Source: Daphnia carinata (taxonomy: Eukaryota). Taken from it: DNA of 64,000 bases. Positions within the stretch are counted from its first letter, which is position 1. Every line of letters starts with the position of its first letter. A model generated the notes under the pieces. The model saw nothing but the letters and a program-made list of their open reading frames with translations, had not been told where the DNA came from and did no database searches. Below are positions 12,001 to 25,295 of the stretch, piece after piece. Made by a program: the position numbers and the translations under genes. The stretch spans positions 3,720,001-3,784,000 of the forward strand of contig NC_081331.1 of the NCBI RefSeq assembly GCF_022539665.2, written 5' to 3'.

Positions 12001-15000
12001 TTCTTTCTTTTCCATCTGTATAAAGTTGATGGTGGTGTTGTTCATCATCTTCAACACGCCTTGTTATTATATTGTCTTGTATCATTTCCATTTCGTTTTC
12101 TCCATGGCTGCTGAAAACATTTGCATGGGCCAGCCAGTATACAACAATGTGTAATGGAAGAACAAGACCAAAAACAGTCTAAGGGTTTCTTTTTTTTTTC
12201 AAAAGTATTAGGGGGAAAGGCAAAACAAGACGATCCGGATTGTTGATGAATACGACGTAGACACGGCGCTGACTTTGCATGGGAATTTGCTGGCCACGAA
12301 ACAACCGATAGCATCACACGGATTTCCTTGTTTTTTTTCTTGTTCGTTTCCTTTTTACTTTTACAAGTTACATTAAAGTGGAATTCATTTGTTCGTCACA
12401 GAATATATATATTTTTTTTTTTTCGTTTGGCAGTTTTCAAGAGGCCACACTTGCCTCGTTTGTATACGTGGCAGGCGCACAGCAACCTGATCCGGTTGCC
12501 ATTACAATGCAAGAAACCTGTGAGAGAACATTGCGTTATGAAATTGCAATCACAAAAAAAACAAAAAAAAACATAATCATGTATAAAAGAAAAAAAAGTA
12601 GAGGGCGGATGGAAAAAGAAAATAATAGTTGGAGCGCCCGGTTCATCTCGGCTGGATGTCCCGAACGCCGCATCACGCAAACTCCCACAATTCATCTCAT
12701 TTCTCGGAAAAAATAGCCGCAATTCTGAAAGGACAACACGCCGCACGGCATCATATAGAGGTACACGCACGTGCTGCATTTCCATCTTTTGCCTTCAAAC
12801 GAAACAAAAAAAATTAATCGTTTCTCCAATACAGGATCTTCTTTTTTGAAGAACTTTCGGCGATTGGAATTTAACCGTGTCGCCGTCACTTGCCCAGATG
12901 GTTCGCCTCTTCATTGATTGTGTTCCTTTCCTGACAAACAAACCCATGTTCGTGTTGGTTACAAACAATGAAAAAAGAGTCTATTTATTGCGCTGCATGT
13001 TTCACCCTGTAAAGAAAAAAAAAAAAAAAAGAAAGAAAGGGCGCAGTGTAACAAGCTAGTTTATACACGCTCAACGCTCTATTTATATCAGTACGTAGAA
13101 TCAGAAGAGTCACAACGACTCGGCTTAATTGAGAGGTTTGAAAATGCAAAAAGAAAAAAAAAAGGAAAAATCCAGGAATGGGCAAAAAGAAACGTAAAAC
13201 CAACGTGAATGATCCGAAACAAGCCAACACGAAAGGCAGATGGATTGCGGTTCCTTATTTTTCTTACTCGCTCTGCGGAGATTTTCCAAAGAAAAAAGAA
13301 AAACGCACCAACAGTCGATCTGTGGTCCAGCAGCATATGTACACACACACCTATGTACATATACAGGGACAAGGAAGAACTCGATGGTGTGTATTTACAA
13401 GAATGATGACTACTCCGTCTTCTTCTTTCTCGATTTGCAGTTGTGTGTACGTGTGTTGTCCTTATTTGGTGAACAAGAGAGAACAGATTGGTCCGCTGGC
13501 TCTCTGTTTATTACAATGCTCAGCTTTTGAAAAAAAAAAAGGTTTCCAGTGGTTTGGTGAAGGAGAAAAGATGACCATGTACACCGAAAGTATGAATGAA
13601 TTTGTTACAAGTACGTTGATCAAATGGGACCTGGGGGACAGTAAGGAATGTACATTCTACGATCAATGGTTGTTTAGCCTGAATGGAAGATCACCTTGAT
13701 CAGTAAAAAAAGATGCACCTGACAGTGTTGTCTCTATGCCTCTCATTTCCCATTTTCTTTTTCTTTGTTATATTGTGCAGGTTACTTATTGTCTTCTTCC
13801 TGCTGCCACGTTTGGTCAGGTGCTTGTCCATGCTCATCATTGACAGGTGGCAGTTCAAACTGGGTGCCTCCATTACGACCTCCTTTTCCCAATAACTTTT
13901 TCCAATTTAAAAAAAAATTTTAATATTGATTGATGCTACGGCAGAATATTTAACGTAGTGCTGCATTGGCTTTCGTAAGAATCTTCGTGACCTAAAACTG
14001 CGACTGAACTCTCTGTGAGAAACAATGAAACAGTGGGAAAAGGGCGGATCCCATTGTTATTTCTTCGCCTTGTTTTTGCTTTGAATTTGCCTTTTTCTGT
14101 GGTCGTTCAAATGGTTCACGTTTTCCTTCTTTTTTTTTCTCTGGCGACCGTAGGGCGCGTGTACAAGTTGCGCGCGTGGGGCGGTGCTAATGATGACTAA
14201 CGATCTCCGGCCGTTGTTGTGTAACGTTTACAAAAACAAGCCTGTTTAGAAGGCGCTTATAAGCTCGTTAGGCACTCGATGAGAAGACAGAATCCAGCTT
14301 GTTCCCCTTTTTGTTTTTTAAAACAATTTTCGGTTTCGAAATTTGGTGGTGCCCATCTATTTGGTTTCCTTTTATACCAGACAGCGAAGATGTAGTTCCC
14401 TTTTTTGGTCGAAAACATTTATCTCTTATCGCGTGTTATTTAGACGTCAAGGGGATAGGATTTTTCTCGATTTAAAGCTGTCGGCAATTTGTTTTATTGA
14501 AAATTGGACATTTAGGTACAGCATAATTACAATATCATTTAAGGCTAAACGTTGGAACAAAGTGAATATCAAAGGGTTGGGAGAGGTTCTTTCCCTTTTT
14601 TCTCTTTCTAGATATTTTGTTTTTAAAGGGGAGGGGTGCAATAAAGGTTACCCTTCTTTTCCACATTTTTCTCGTTGAGTTGCCAACTCCGGTAGGTAAA
14701 GAAAATAAAGGTAAAACCCCTCCAGGCATTACCTAAGGAGAATTTTTCATTTTCGTTATCAGCAAGATTTCTATCGATTATTGATTTCTGCGTACTGAAA
14801 AATGAAGTTTTCTTAAAGGAAGCCTCGCATTTGATGATGTAACAATTTCTTGGGTTCCAAAAGCCGTGAAGAACATTCTTTTGAAAAACATTTCAGCATC
14901 TCAACAATCGTTGAACTTTCAAACGACAACACTGCAACCTGACATTTAATTAAATGCTCGTGTCGGGTATTTCTGCCAAATATCTACGTTTGAACGACGC

Positions 15001-18000
15001 TGCTATTGAATTCAGGAAACTGAAGGTGCCTTTGTAAACACGGAAATTGTATACACACTCCAGGAAGTAATCGTATATACACAGATGGCCTGACAACTCA
15101 CACCGGAAGATTCCAATAATTTTTTAAAATAGGCAAAATCATTCATATGCAAACGATTTTCACTTGATGGTTTCAAAATATTTCGCACCGGTGAACAGGA
15201 TATCACCAACAGATGTTGTTACATTCTTGCGATGCATACAAATCTCGGATACAAAACATGTTTTGCAAGGCAAACGTTTGGCCGGCTTATTTAGCTGACG
15301 AGTATTCCAACTATTTCAAATCACGTCCCCCCCTGAACTGGACAAAAGCTGTCGAGTGTTATACAACGCCCCCGATTTCTGTAACAAGAGAGACATTCAA
15401 ACTACCGAGAGGCCCATCAGAAGTTCTCTCCAACAACGAGCTTCTGTGTATATCCAATAGACTCGGGCGTTTACACACATTGGCCAGCATCACGTTACAC
15501 ACTGTTGTGTTTGTCTAGCGTGTGTTTGCATTCCCCCCGTGTCTAAACCTCGAAAACACAACCGCAGCCAAAGTTTGGTCATCGATGATATAGCCCAAGA
15601 TAGAGCCACTTGTTGGACTCGGCAACGGCCAGCTCCAAAAAAGGGGAGTAGATACATTGTTTGCATATCTGCGTAGTCTTTGGTAAGTGATATACAGTCT
15701 TTGATGGTTCGGACATCTACTATATTGCATTCCTTGGCGTTTTTTTTTTTCTCTTCCTTTCATCGAGTGGATCGAACTTAAACGGTCGAGAGCACTTATT
15801 CTTGTTTCTTAATGGGTCCGTCTGTGCGCATCAAACAACAGTAGGAAGGCTTTGTTATAGACGGTTTGAAGATGATGGTGATGGGGAGAAGAGGGCGATA
15901 ACACACCCCCACTCTTCTGAATCGATCAGAAAAAATTGCAAACACGGAAATCAGTTGATAACAAAACAGAAAGAGAGAAGCTTTTTTTTTTCCTACAAAT
16001 TTTCTCTCTTTTGTATAATCGGAATTCCATACGGCAGCGGTAGCACAAACGGATGATGAAGAATCTATTGAATCTGTGCAGTTTTGCGTTACTCCTTTAA
16101 CGAGTTACGGCACTTAGAAAATGCTGCCGCAACAATTCCATTTTTTGTGTGCATGTGTGTGTGTGTGTTTTAGAGACAGTTACTCGAACATATCAGCACT
16201 TGTATAGTCTATCTGAAAAGGTTTTCTTTGCATCCATTTTTTATGTGTGTCCATTCTTGTTTACTTAGATGAACTCTGTGCGTACAAACCGACATCACGC
16301 TGTTGACGCGTGAACGAGTTGATGCATTTTCAGAGACGGAATGCTCTTCTACAAACTTAAGAAAAAAGGATTTGCCTTTTTTTTTTTTTTACCTGTTGGT
16401 ACATTCTTTCACACAGTAGTTGGGTATAGTCTGTTGGTTGTCCCAGTGAAATTTAAGGATCACTGGTCTTGTGATGAAAAAAAAAATGGGCCGTCTAGTT
16501 GAGGGACACTTGACAAAAAGGGACGGCTTCAAGTACCTGTTCATCGTTTTAGAATATACGCTCACTGTGTATACAAGAAGCGGACCGCTCTTCTTTTGTT
16601 GAGAACCAGACAGTCAATATGGACATACTGCACCTATAGTGTGTGTACACACTGACGAGATACACACACTAGGCTGCTTGAAAAAGACTTGCATTCCATC
16701 GAACCATCAAAGTTGCCTTCAAATAAAAACAATTTTATTTATTCTGTTCAGGCAGTGAGTTTCCTCTGCTTTTTGCTCTCCACCTGGCCCATTATTAGAG
16801 TCACATTTCTCGGCGTTTTTTTTTTCAATAGACTATAACGCGACATCGGTAGGAAGCCAGCCAAAGAAATGCGCTTCATCCATCACGGCCAAATAATTCG
16901 ACCTGTCGTCGCCGAACCTATCGCTTCTCTATATAACAATGCCTTCCTTATAAATACGTAGTGTGTGCGAGTATCCTTGTTTGGAATATTTCTGGTGGTG
17001 TTAGAAGCCCCGAATATAGTTGGGCACCATCTTGTTAGCTATAGATATCGGTAGGCCGTTTGCTGCGTGATCGACGATGACACCAATGTTCTTGGCTAAC
17101 AATCAGAGACTGGCAGCCTCAATTGAGTCCCTGCATTTTTCCTTATAAATTTCAATTATTTTTCGGATTTTTTAAATTTAAATATTTAATTTTTTTGCTT
17201 GCATATTTGCGTTTCGAATTTGAGAGTGAGAGGGGCAAAGATAAGGCAGGTATTTGGACACCTGGGCATTTTTTGTGAAACCTGTTCGTGACAACACGTA
17301 TTTGCGAAAGAAGACGATGAAGAGAAAGAAACAAGCAGAAGAGGAAATAACCACAAGATATGGCGACATCATCATGACAACGATGAAACATAAAAGGCTA
17401 CGTGCTCGATTCGTCAGCCCACCCCGCAAGAGTCTACAGGGACAGACGTAAAAGCAAGAAAAGAAAAACGAATTAAAAAATCAAAATCTCCACCTGACAA
17501 ATCAAAGGGAAATTTACGATCTCGTAAACGACGAGACGCTTTCCAGGTTGTTTACTTATTAATTATTCATGTTCGTTTCCTTTTTTTTTTTATGACTGCT
17601 ATTATGATGCGTTAAAGACCACGTCTTTCAAAACCCGCAGAGATGTAAAAAAAAATAAATGAAAAATAAAATGCAGAAACAATTTTCTTTCTTGATGAAA
17701 TTGCGCCCGTGCGTTTCTCTTCTTAATATACTCGCTTTACCTTTTCGCTGGACATGGTGTTCAATAAATCGGCTATTTCCGGTTGTTTGATATGGCGTGC
17801 TGCGCTGCGGGAACCGGAAAACGAAATCGAAACAAAGCCACTGAATGCCTATATCAAAGTATCTGAACCACACATCATTTGAACAATGGGGCCAATTGAT
17901 TCGGTCGGATGAGCACAAGGCAAACGGGGCCGAACGTGATTTTCTTCTATTTAAAGTTTAAAAAGGAGAAAAATGTTTTATTTTTGTTTGTTCCATCTCA

Positions 18001-21000
18001 CCCCTCTTAAAAAGTCCCTTTTTCACACTTGGTGTGGTTGTATTAGTATCAGGTATGACAATGTGCCGGGAGTCTAGGTCGTCACACGCCCGCGCTTTCT
18101 CCCATTGCCTCATCTCCATTTTTAATTTTTCTTTTTTTTTCATTCTTTTCTTTTGGCTTGGCCTTCATCTCGGTGACGTCCTCTCGTGCATGATGGCAGC
18201 CGTTTTTTTTTTCTTGTTGTTGTGTAGTTCTTAGAATTTGTTTTCGTTGTAGATCGACTTACCCATAGAACGGGCGGAAGAACGCCGACAAGGTATCAGT
18301 CTCATACCCGCCCATTTCTTCGTCCAAAATTGTCTTGCGCAACGTTAGCCTTCCTTAATTTATTTGTGGTAATCGCCGTAATAATAGTAATAATAAGGCA
18401 TGCATATATTCATCAGGCAGAGAGAAAATGAGAAGTGTCACGTTTCGCGCTAAAAGGTCATTTCAATACCAACCGGATTCGATTACAATTGTGTAAGCAT
18501 GTGTTTAAAACAAAAAAAAACAAAAATACTTTCTTTAATCTTAAACAACAACAAGATAATCATGAATTTTAAAAGGATTTTTCTGATCGGCCGTCCAATG
18601 AACGACGCTAACGCAAAAATCATAAACGTTTGAACGCGTGTGACTGAAACAATAAACAAGTCGACCAAGAATTTTAGTGCAGGTCTTATCATCTCGGCTA
18701 CGTCGTTTAGCACGTTTATTTGCTGTTCGTTCGGCAACTAAAATAGGCCAGTTGATGAATAGGATTGCGCTTCCTTGTCTGCGATGTGTTCGCCTCGGCG
18801 CAACACCGAAAACAGAGCGCCAAAAAGAAGGCAAAATAACAAGCTGGGTGTCTCGCAACGCCATCAGTTTTCAAAGGGAAACAAGCGTCCCGTTTAAAAT
18901 GCCTTTCGATTGCTTCGCATTTTTCCTGTGTGCCAACGAAACGAATCTGTTGACAGACGAAAAGGAATGCCAGCCGAGAGACTGACAGTCGTCGAAGGCT
19001 CACGGCAACGCAAACACAGCCACCGTGAAAGTTAGGATCGTTCGATAAATATATAAATACAAACACTAACGTGCTACTGCTATGTGTGCGTGTGTGTGTG
19101 CCATATACTTGTCTCTCGTTACAGTCCCTTCAGAAAAGAGAAAAAAAAAGGCCATGAAATGATTGAAAAGACAGCGCTCCGGTTTGGTTAAAAGAAGAAG
19201 AAAAAAATGATTTCGCTGGATGAGTCAGACAACTTAAAAAAAAAAAAAAGTTTGCCCAAGTTGATGTTGCACGTCTACTGGATGCCCTAAGTGAGAGAAA
19301 TGGTTTGTCCAAAAACGGGATTGGGTTACATATAGTATACTTCATTTCTGTACCATCCCCAGCCAGTAGATATATGCATGTCGCAAAGGATTTGTCTTGT
19401 TTGCCTTCCTGCTGGGCTTCAAAAACTCGGGAGGTAACGATCGTTTTTCAGATTGTTGTTGTTTTCTACCTTCCCCCCTTTTTGCCCTTGTGTCAGGCAT
19501 TTTCCAAGAGAATGTAGCAACCTAACTAACCGAGGAGGCCAATATAGTACAGCAACAGCATGTGCGTTTTTGCGGGGGTGGCCTCCGTTGTTAAATGTTG
19601 TTGCAGCTGCCCAGCCGCCAGAGGCGTTTTTTTTTTCTTTCTTTCTTTCGTTTGGTCCGTGTGGCGTCCGTCTCCGGATGGCTCTTGTCTCATCCCTCTT
19701 GCGCTCGCGCCAGCGCACGTTCCCGCTGACACCGAAGACGTACTGTTCGCTCATCAACCTGTGACAACAAATGTCCAGATCCTATTTCTCTCGCTTTTTT
19801 TTTATCTCGCACTCAGCCAACAACCGCCATTTTGCACGACGCGCCTGTTTTTCTTCTCTTGACTCCTCTTTAACATTTTTACCCGTATGCAAACGATGGC
19901 CTTTATCGTCGACTTCATACCTCATTTCTGTTGGCACTTCATTTTAATTTTTTTTTTTTCAAATAAATTTTTTTTTTTCATTCTTCTCCCCTTCTGGTAT
20001 AGGACGATGAATGATCCATCACCTTCAGGGCTCGGCCTGCGACTCCTTAATTAAAACATGGCACCATTACGTCGCCATAAATCACCAAATAGGCCTAATA
20101 AACATTTTACATGAAAATCCCCTCTTTGAAGATGATGGCAAGTACAATGTGTGTAGCCACTGTGGCCGACTGCTCCAGACAATTGCTCTGCGGGAGGCCG
20201 CATCGGTATAACGAAGATGTTGCTTATAACGTGTGGTAATGGATGAAATCAAATCTTTAAAACGTGATATAGTGGCGAAGGTAAAGAAAGTGACACAGCG
20301 TGCCTGGATGGAGGGAATGAAATGAGCCAACTTCTTAAATGTTTTGTACATTTTAAAAAATGAATGTCAGAAACGAGTGTTTTGAACGTTCGTCACTTGT
20401 TGCTGTCCGGTTGGCGCCGAACCTTCGTCGCGACCTACTTGCTCAGCGCTTTTTTTTTTCCCTCAGTTAAAATACACAAGAAGAAGATCCATCAATTCTT
20501 TCGGATGCTTCAACACCTAAATGGGAGTGACTGCTGTGCATTCCTTTTTACACATGTTCATTTCTCCCTTTCTCCTTTTCATTCCTTAGCAGTTTCTTTC
20601 TCCCCGGTCATCCCAATGTTTAAATACGTATCCGCTTTTCATTTGGGCGCTGCCCGTTCGTTTATTCTTTTTTCGTTCTTCTTTGCTTTGAACAGCATAT
20701 ACACTACACCCAACAAAACAAAATTTAATGAAACTCCGACAGATGAATTATTCAAAACAGTTGCATTGCGTCTTTTGCGCGATCATCGCCCATCAGGTTC
20801 TATATACCTGTTCCCCTTTCACCGGTCAATGCAAATGCCACCCACTTCAGTGGCTGGCGCTTGGTTAAACAAAAAAATATGCGGACACCATCAGCCAAAG
20901 CAAGTGGACTCAAAAAAAGACAATTTTGATTCGAAAAGGATGATAAAGACAAAGAATGAATCGACTGTAGTGGAGGTTGCCACGATGATGACACTCGTAA

Positions 21001-22148
21001 TAGCATACGACCTATAAAAACGGTCATGATGCGCAGCTCCAGAAAGAAAAGACGATTGAAAACAATAACATGCAAGGCAGGTTCATTTTGTTTCTCTTTT
21101 TTTTTATCTTTCGTTTTTTTTTTTTAATTAAAAAGCTCTTATCAATTTCTTCTTAACTGTTGTAGACCCTCCTTGACGTTTCTAAGGCGTTTAGTATTCC
21201 CGCAATCACGCCGTTCGAAACGCAGAAGATAAAAAAAAAAAAAAAAAAGGAATACATTTTCAAAAAGAGCCATCCAGCCAGCACCATTGAAAAGAAGCGC
21301 TGATTGCGGTGTAACGTTTTGATGAGAGAAAAATCGTAAGCAGTATATACACTACTATTTTATCAAGACCGTTGCAAATAACGATGGCCAATAAAATAGT
21401 CGTCAGCAATAAAAGGGAGGGATAAGGACGTTGTTGTATTAGGGAAGTAGCCAAACATTTTCGCATTTGGCGCTTGTCTACGCTGTCGATTCGAGGATCG
21501 AATGTCGATTGTTTCTTTCACTAAATAAGGGTTTGTTATACCAACGCCTTCTTGTCCGAGATTTGTGCCATCAACTGCAACTGTGTTTTCCAAAGGTTCT
21601 AAAAGTGACAGGTAGTTGAGAGAGTCACAAACACCATTGTCCTTATATCTAAATTTCTGTAAAAGGACCAGACTCTCCTTATAGTAGGAAGAGCATTTAA
21701 TTACACTAGCGATCAAAAACAAGTTAATGTACTTTTAAACGAATAGTACACTCGATGAATAACAGCAAACGGAAGCGCTGTATATTCTCCAGCGTACTTT
21801 TAGATTTACTTGGAAATAAAAAAAAAAGGAATGGTACTACATATACAACAAGGCGATGAAAGAGGTTTTTTGCCTTTTATTCTCTTGTTCAACGATCGCC
21901 TCCCCTATTCTATCTTAGTTAGCGATGGCTCGTGTATACGTGCTTGTGTCGGTCCCCTTAAGAAGTTTCACCAGCCGCAGCTGTTCGCTTTTTCGACAGC
22001 TTAGATTGTGTATATATACCGACGATGATCACATTTCTTTCAGAGTTTGCCTTCGATGAAACTTCCGGCCTCCTTTTTCTTCCTGATGTGTTGTTGTTAA
22101 AGGGGCAGAAGAAGGGAAGGAGAGCCCTTGGCCCCTTTTCTTTTTGTC

Positions 22149-22183
22149 TGTGTGTGTATGTGTGTGTGTGTGTGTGTGTGTGT
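22149..22183. repeat. (TG)n microsatellite
   Basis: Seen directly, one interruption. Confidence 0.95.
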
Positions 22184-25100
22184 CCCACTTCAATTTTCTT
22201 CTATACCTTATTATTCTCGATGATCCGAAGACGTTGCACAGGACACACCTCTCCGGGTGAAGAGAAATTCTTAGACCGGTAGGTTCAAATACAATGGCCC
22301 TCCTTTCCAACTGCTTCACTCATTGGGGTGAAGAGGAATGTTATATAATCCGTCTTGATTTTTTGTCCAGACAAATCACTACATGCCACTGACATTCAAC
22401 CGGATGGACGAGTTCAAACGGAGAGCGATCTCCTGTTGCACGTATATGGTTCGTGCTTACAACATGCTACCACGAGTGGGATGAGATTAATACGCAATAA
22501 ATGGAACATGATACCTGGAAATGCGTTGGAGATATGGTAAAAGGTGTTGGAACGAGGGTGAAAAAAAAGTCGACACATGAGAGAACCTTGTCCTTATTTT
22601 TATTAGACAGCAATTTGGTCAAGGATTGTCTGAAGAGCCGCTTAAGCCGACGCGTTCACCAAACGCACGCCACAAGTGTGTGGCGTGACACGAACGAATC
22701 AGCGAGTACAAAGGGCAGGAGACAAGTGAGCGGGGAAAGACATGCAGTAGGACCTTGACGAAGCTATAACGTCCGTTTGTCAACGTTACAAAAAAAAAAG
22801 ACTTTGAACTCAGTTACAAAGGAAAACGACTTGCTTTTTAGTGTGTCGTTTTTATTTTAACGGGGTAAAAACACAACCATCTTTCTTCTACCTCCTTCAC
22901 CCTCCATGTCTTCTTTCCATCCCCTTTTTTGTGTGTTGTAATATCGGTTAGGTTTCAGGTGACACGTAAACCTTTAACTTGTCAAGATTTTGACCTCATA
23001 ATCTATTTATCTATACGTCAAACCCCTTTTTTCTACTTTCACAACTCTTTTTCCCCTGTGTACCTCTTCTTGATTTCACTTCGTTTTAACCACCATTACG
23101 AAATAGAAAAATAAGGGGTGGACGGGAGGAGGCGGAGGACATTCTCCGGGTCTATATTGCATATATATACATAAGAAAGTTTGAAAAAAAAACGAGAAAT
23201 AAAGAGAAAATAACCCTGTTACTCTTCCCTACTGCCAAAAGTACCTATTGGCCTGTGTGCTCATCTTGTACCTCGCTTGCCCTATAGGACAGACTACACA
23301 CAGAGAGAGAAAGAGACACGAACGACATAGGGGGAGGGCTGCCGGTGGTGGTATATGTATAAATACATGGCGACCTTTTTTTTTTCTCTTATATGCTATA
23401 TGGTTGCTTATATATATGTACAGGTGACCACTTGTCTTTGTCAAGTCTTCCACCTGCTGCTAAACGATATGACATTCTTGGGACTCCTCGTCGTCGTCGT
23501 CTCCACCTTCTTGACCTATAACCCTCTTTTCTTGTTATTTCTTTCTCTCTTTTTTTTCGCCCTTTTCATTGCCCTAGAGCAGTGTGTACTCTTGTGCGTG
23601 TTAAAGGGAGCTCCACGCACATTCCCTTCATGCTTTTTTTCTTTCTTTACCTTTTCTTCTTTTCACTGGTGAGCAACAGGTTCTACTTCAACCTTCAGTT
23701 GTGCTTATCAGCAAAAGAAGAGTGCCATATAACCATCGGAAGGTGATCTATTGTCCGTGTGTGTGTGTGTGTGTGTTTGAAAGAGGCCAGCAGCCAACTG
23801 GGCACATGCACACAAATGCAAAGTTATTGTACATACACCAAGTTTAAAAAAACGACAACGACGGACTGTGTGCGGATGATGAACAATGACCGTAGTTCCT
23901 GCAAGTTTGAATGTTTCACCCAGCAGACGGTATCATCTGGGTTTTTTTGATTGCGTGTAAAAGGTGAAAGTTTAGAGGACGAGTTGAAAAAAAAAAAAAA
24001 AAGAATTTAGGCCCCTTCACTTTTTGGGACGATGAAAAATTGAATGAAAAACAAACATAAACTTGAGATGCGAGAGAAAAGATAGAGATTGTAATAGATT
24101 GAGAGATGAAGCTGAATGCCTAGAGGGGATTCTTATTATGAGGTACACCGACGGTCGTTTCACCTGTCGGCGCCGGGGCAAAAAAAAAAAAAATCCAAAG
24201 CACCGACTTGACGCATTCCATGGGGGCGAGGCATCGTAACGTGCCAAGCAATGCGAACAGAAGCGACTGCGTCGTTTGACGTTTTAAAGGGAAAGAAGAA
24301 GAGGGGGAAAAAAAGGAGGATGACGCTTTTCTTTTACATTAGAAATGACAATCCTCGAAATAACTTCACACAGTCACACAAAAATCAGGAATTTCTCACC
24401 AGTTCTTCCAAAAGCATATCGTCGAAGATGTTATACAGGGCTTAAATAGTGTGCGCATAGCTAAGACATTCCGTTACTGATCATCAAAACCAGTTTCCCG
24501 ACGTGTAAAACTCTGGCCCGAAAAAAAAAAAAAAAAATGTTCTGTCGGATGAGCTCGGAGACTCTCTTGCCCGTTCGACCAATGGACCCGCCGCTTTCAC
24601 AGAAAAACCTGGTGGTTTGATGAGGCGACAAATCGTTTCACGTTTCATAACCTAACACGTTGAGACTTTTTGGGGAAACGAGAGAAAGAGAGAGAGAAGC
24701 CATCAGAAAGACTGAACCAGCCAACTGCTTATATATATATCCAGGAAAAGGAAAGAAAAGGGTCCAAAACCGCCCGGTGAGCAAGTCCCCCTTCTCTCCT
24801 TCTCACGTTGTGTCTGAATTCAGGAATGTAGGCCCAAACGGTTATCGAATAGCCCCAGTAGAAAAACGGGGTAAAAAGGAAAAAAAAACTATTTTTAAAT
24901 TTCGACTGAATCCTGAACGCTTTACACAACCATATTCATTTAAAAAAATGAGAACTTGACCTGAAAAAAGGAAAAAATCTCATCGTAACTCTCTCTTTTT
25001 TTTTCTCTCTCTCTCTTGTGCCTTGATTGAAGTGGAAAGTTCTATCTATACACCGCACGGTGTGTGATAGAAGGTTCTATTTTATTTTTGCTTCCTGGCC

Positions 25101-25269
25101 GGATGAATGTTTTCCGTTGTTTATTTAGGTCTCTCTTTTAGAGCGTGTGCGCACACACACACACAAGCATCCAATTGGGGAGTTACAGAGTAAAAATGGG
25201 AATTAGCTGTTACTTGACAGTTGAGAAAACCTTTAACCGCCTGCATCAGACACACACAGACACTTTTAC

Positions 25270-25295
25270 GTGTGTGTGTGTGTGTGTGTGTGTGT
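25270..25295. repeat. (GT)n microsatellite
   Basis: Seen directly. Confidence 0.9.

Noticed and set aside
15000..15700. High-complexity block with a 101-aa ORF, possible TE or pseudogene relic
   Set aside because: The frames I translated are interrupted and resemble no protein family I know; cannot be supported without a search.
16629..16677. Hairpin TAGTGTGTGTA / TACACACACTA with a 13-nt loop
   Set aside because: The stem is made of TG/CA microsatellite units, is too short for a pre-miRNA and matches no known mature miRNA.
20364..21017. 217-aa + strand ORF, the longest outside the gene
   Set aside because: Phe/Lys/Ser-rich translation of T/A tracts with no domain or coding-like composition.
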